A stretch of DNA of 64,000 nt from the human T2T-CHM13v2.0 reference genome, Homo sapiens. This document shows, one piece after another, positions 57,963-64,000 of the stretch. A program made the position numbers and the translations under genes. Each line of letters begins with the position of its first letter. The first letter of the stretch is position 1. The notes below the pieces were generated by a model. That model saw only the letters and a program-made list of their open reading frames with translations. It was not told where the DNA came from and ran no database searches. Location of the stretch: assembly GCF_009914755.1 (NCBI RefSeq), contig NC_060948.1. One strand, 5' to 3'.

Positions 57963-60062
57963 AGATCCATATTTTTTAAATGAAAAAAAATTTCAAAGGT
58001 ACTCTGCTTGGTACAATAATCAAATGTATAAACTGAGGAATAAAACATAACCATGAAACCTACTTATAACTGCATATGGAAAATACAGAGGATAATTTTT
58101 TAAATAACATATTTTGAAAGCCTTAACTAGTAATTTGAAGAGTTGGCATTTGAAAGGCCAGTATGAATATACCTTCAAAGCAGCAACACAGGTTCCCCAT
58201 GAGAAAAAGCAAACACAGGGAAAATAAAAACACAAAGGTTCAATCTCTTCTGACCTTTGAAAGACACAGCACAGACAGTGGTCCTTAGGACGAAGAGCAG
58301 GAGACCCCTAATTCCGTCACCATGGCGATAGGGCATAAACATTGCTGGGTGAGGGCACAATCCACATTGTGAGGTCCAACTGCTGCCAGGAAGACAGGAG
58401 TGCTTTTACATAGACCGAAAGGTCATTGAAGGCTCAGAGTTTTGTTTCAAGAACTGAATCCCAAGCCCACACGTTATTAGGCTGCGCTTCTTAAAACAAG
58501 TTATGAGATGGGAAAAAGGGCACCCACAAACATACGTATACATTATGTATATAATAATATACAGTATCATATATATAATATATATAACCTATGTATAATA
58601 TTGTTTTACATCCTGCATCTTATGTTATATATATTGTATAAAATATAATAATTGATAATATATAAGTTTTATAATTATACAATATGACATAGAGTATATA
58701 TTATAATTTATGGCATATATAATATATGTTATATATCATATATAGAATATATTATACGGTTAATATACGTATTAAATATAAATTATACATTATATATATT
58801 ATATATAATATATCTGTTATATATAATACCCATTATGCATAATATATATATTATGTCTATGTTATATATAGTATAAAACAACATATAATAATATATAATT
58901 GTATATATAAAATGCGACATATAATATATATTATATTTTATAACATATGTAATATATATTATATATAATACGTTGTATGTATAATACCTATATTAAATAT
59001 ATATTATATGACTATGTTATTAATTACATGTCACATGTGTTATATATTATATATTTTACATAGAATATACCGGTTACATACAATATATACTATGTTACCT
59101 ATAATGTATAATTTATTACATGTAAAATAAAGAATGCAATATATTATGTATAATTTATAATATACAATATGTGGAATGTGATATATGTAACATATAATAT
59201 ATGATATATGATATACAGTATATGATATATAACATACAATATATGATTCCTAATATATATGGTATACAATATATATTTTATGATATGTATTCTATATGTT
59301 TTATATTCTGTTATATATAACTATTTGAAATTATATATAACTGTATAATATTTTATGTAAATATGTAATATAATATATATAACTATATAATATATTATAT
59401 ATAACTATATATTATGTTATATATACTTTTATAACATAATTTACATAAAATATCATAATATAATATATATTATAATATTTCATATTACATAATATATATT
59501 ACATATCACCCAATATAACTAACATACATAATATTATAATATAGATTATATTATGTTATATTAAATATCATATATATCATGTATCATATATTCTATAATA
59601 TATATTACACATTATATAATATGTATGTTGTCTATTATGTGATATATATAACTATATATATAATTATATTTTTATACATATAACTGGATAAACATGTAAT
59701 TCTACATATTTTCATTTATAATATGTAGAATTATATAATCATATATAATTATTTATATTCTATAAAAAATTTTATCATTATATAAATTATAATATATAAA
59801 AATTATAATATGTACTACAAATATATATATATTATATATCATATATGATATAGTACCTTTGTTATATATCATAATACATATAAATGTGTATTATGTTATC
59901 TATAATTATATAATTTCATATATAAGATGTATAATATGTATCATATATTATATATGTTATGTAATATATATAGTATATATAAGATGACACAGGATAAATA
60001 TTATATACTATGACATATAAAATATATGAGGTTATTTGTTACATATAAGGCATAGCACATAA

Positions 60063-60377
<315 letters not shown>

Positions 60378-62484
60378 AGATCCATATTTTTTAAATGAAA
60401 AAAAATTTCAAAGGTACTCTGCTTGGTACAATAATCAAATGTATAAACTGAGGAATAAAACATAACCATGAAACCTACTTATAACTGCATATGGAAAATA
60501 CAGAGGATAATTTTTTAAATAACATATTTTGAAAGCCTTAACTAGTAATTTGAAGAGTTGGCATTTGAAAGGCCAGTATGAATATACCTTCAAAGCAGCA
60601 ACACAGGTTCCCCATGAGAAAAAGCAAACACAGGGAAAATAAAAACACAAAGGTTCAATCTCTTCTGACCTTTGAAAGACACAGCACAGACAGTGGTCCT
60701 TAGGACGAAGAGCAGGAGACCCCTAATTCCGTCACCATGGCGATAGGGCATAAACATTGCTGGGTGAGGGCACAATCCACATTGTGAGGTCCAACTGCTG
60801 CCAGGAAGACAGGAGTGCTTTTACATAGACCGAAAGGTCATTGAAGGCTCAGAGTTTTGTTTCAAGAACTGAATCCCAAGCCCACACGTTATTAGGCTGC
60901 GCTTCTTAAAACAAGTTATGAGATGGGAAAAAGGGCACCCACAAACATACGTATACATTATGTATATAATAATATACAGTATCATATATATAATATATAT
61001 AACCTATGTATAATATTGTTTTACATCCTGCATCTTATGTTATATATATTGTATAAAATATAATAATTGATAATATATAAGTTTTATAATTATACAATAT
61101 GACATATAATATATATTATAATTTATGACATATATAATATATGTTATATATCATATATAGAATATATTATACGGTTAATATACGTATTAAATATAAATTA
61201 TACATTATATATATTATATATAATATATCTGTTATATATAATACCCATTATGCATAATATATATATTATGTCTATGTTATATATAGTATAAAACAACATA
61301 TAATAATATATAATTGTATATATAAAATGTGACATATAATATATATTATATTTTATAACATATGTAATATATATTATATATTATATATAATACGTTGTAT
61401 GTATAATACCTATATTAAATATATATTATATGACTATGTTATTAATTACATGTCACATGTGTTATATATTATATATTTTACGTAGAATATACCGGTTACA
61501 TACAATATATACTATGTTACCTATAATGTATAATTTATTACATGTAAAATAAAGAATGCAATATATTATGTATAATTTATAATATACAATATGTGGAATG
61601 TGATATATGTAACATATAATATATGATATATGATATACAGTATATGATATATAACATACAGTATATGATTCCTAATATATATGGTATACAATATATATTT
61701 TATGATATGTATTCTATATGTTTTATGTTCTGTTATATATAACTATTTGAAATTATATATAACTGTATAATATTTTATGTAAATATGTAATATAATATAT
61801 ATAACTATATAATATATTATATATAACTATATATTATGTTATATATACTTTTATAACATAATTTACATAAAATATCATAATATAATATATATTATAATAT
61901 TTCATATTACATAATATATATTACATATCACCCAATATAACTAACATACATAATATTATAATATAGATTATATTATGTTATATTAAATATCATATATATC
62001 ATGTATCATATATTCTATAATATATATTACACATTATATAATATGTATGTTGTCTATTATGTGATATATATAACTATATATATAATTATATTTTTATACA
62101 TATAACTAGATAAACATGTAATTCTACATATTTTCATTTATAATATGTAGAATTATATAATCATATATAATTATTTATATTCTATAAAAAATTTTATCAT
62201 TATATAAATTATAATATATAAAAATTATAATATGTACTACAAATATATATATATTATATATCATATATGATATAGTACCTTTGTTATATATCATAATACA
62301 TATAAATGTGTATTATGTTATCTATAATTATATAATTTCATATATAAGATGTATAATATGTATCATATATTATATATGTTATGTAATATATATAGTATAT
62401 ATAAGATGACACAGGATAAATATTATATACTATGACATATAAAATATATGAGGTTATTTGTTACATATAAGGCATAGCACATAA

Positions 62485-62799
<315 letters not shown>

Positions 62800-64000
62800 A
62801 GATCCATATTTTTTAAATGAAAAAAAATTTCAAAGGTACTCTGCTTGGTACAATAATCAAATGTATAAACTGAGGAATAAAACATAACCATGAAACCTAC
62901 TTATAACTGCATATGGAAAATACAGAGGATAATTTTTTAAATAACATATTTTGAAAGCCTTAACTAGTAATTTGAAGAGTTGGCATTTGAAAGGCCAGTA
63001 TGAATATACCTTCAAAGCAGCAACACAGGTTCCCCATGAGAAAAAGCAAACACAGGGAAAATAAAAACACAAAGGTTCAATCTCTTGTGACCTTTGAAAG
63101 ACACAGCACAGACAGTGGTCCTTAGGACGAAGAGCAGGAGACCCCTAATTCCGTCACCATGGCGATAGGGCATAAACATTGCTGGGTGAGGGCACAATCC
63201 ACATTGTGAGGTCCAACTGCTGCCAGGAAGACAGGAGTGCTTTTACATAGACCGAAAGGTCATTGAAGGCTCAGAGTTTTGTTTCAAGAACTGAATCCCA
63301 AGCCCACACGTTATTAGGCTGCGCTTCTTAAAACAAGTTATGAGATGGGAAAAAGGGCACCCACAAACATACGTATACATTATGTATATAATAATATACA
63401 GTATCATATATATAATATATATAACCTATGTATAATATTGTTTTACATCCTGCATCTTATGTTATATATATTGTATAAAATATAATAATTGATAATATAT
63501 AAGTTTTATAATTATACAATATGACATATAGTATATATTATAATTTATGGCATATATAATATATGTTATATATCATATATAGAATATATTATACGGTTAA
63601 TATACGTATTAAATATAAATTATACATTATATATATTATATATAATATATCTGTTATATATAATACCCATTATGCATAATATATATATTATGTCTATGTT
63701 ATACATAGTATAAAACAACATATAATAATATATAATTGTATATATAAAATGCGACATATAATATATATTATATTTTACAACATATGTAATATATATTATA
63801 TATTATATATAATACGTTGTATGTATAATACCTATATTAAATATATATTATATGACTATGTTATTAATTACATGTCACATGTGTTATAAATTATATATTT
63901 TACATAGAATATACCGGTTACATACAATATATACTATGTTACCTATAATGTATAATTTATTACATGTAAAATAAAGAATGCAATATATTATGTATAATTT

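Overview
The whole window is one uninterrupted head-to-tail tandem array of a ~2.42-kb composite satellite: 26 complete units of 2408-2422 bp plus a 1135-bp partial unit. With TAAACTGAG as the unit start, units U1-U27 begin at 1, 2421, 4841, 7252, 9672, 12092, 14512, 16932, 19352, 21772, 24192, 26614, 29034, 31454, 33869, 36291, 38705, 41120, 43535, 45955, 48363, 50785, 53200, 55614, 58029, 60444 and 62866. Each unit has three parts: a ~570-bp mixed-composition segment (HSATI-like), ~1.55 kb of extremely AT-rich degenerate (TA)n-like sequence, and a diverged, nearly full-length minus-strand Alu with an internal 16-bp duplication. This layout, the unit length and a predicted 2146-bp HaeIII fragment match the human DYZ2 (HSat1B) repeat, most likely from Yq12 heterochromatin. 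I see no credible protein-coding or RNA genes; every ORF in the track is a repeat artefact. I found no new gene system. The informative signal lies in variants shared between units: an alternating A/B dimeric higher-order pattern (U4-U13), a block of a third subtype with a 7-bp deletion (U14-U25), a ~3-4 kb tract copied at a 24,183-bp offset, chimeric units, divergent units at both ends, and an apparent excess of CpG-creating variants. All variant calls were made by eye and need alignment and read-level confirmation.
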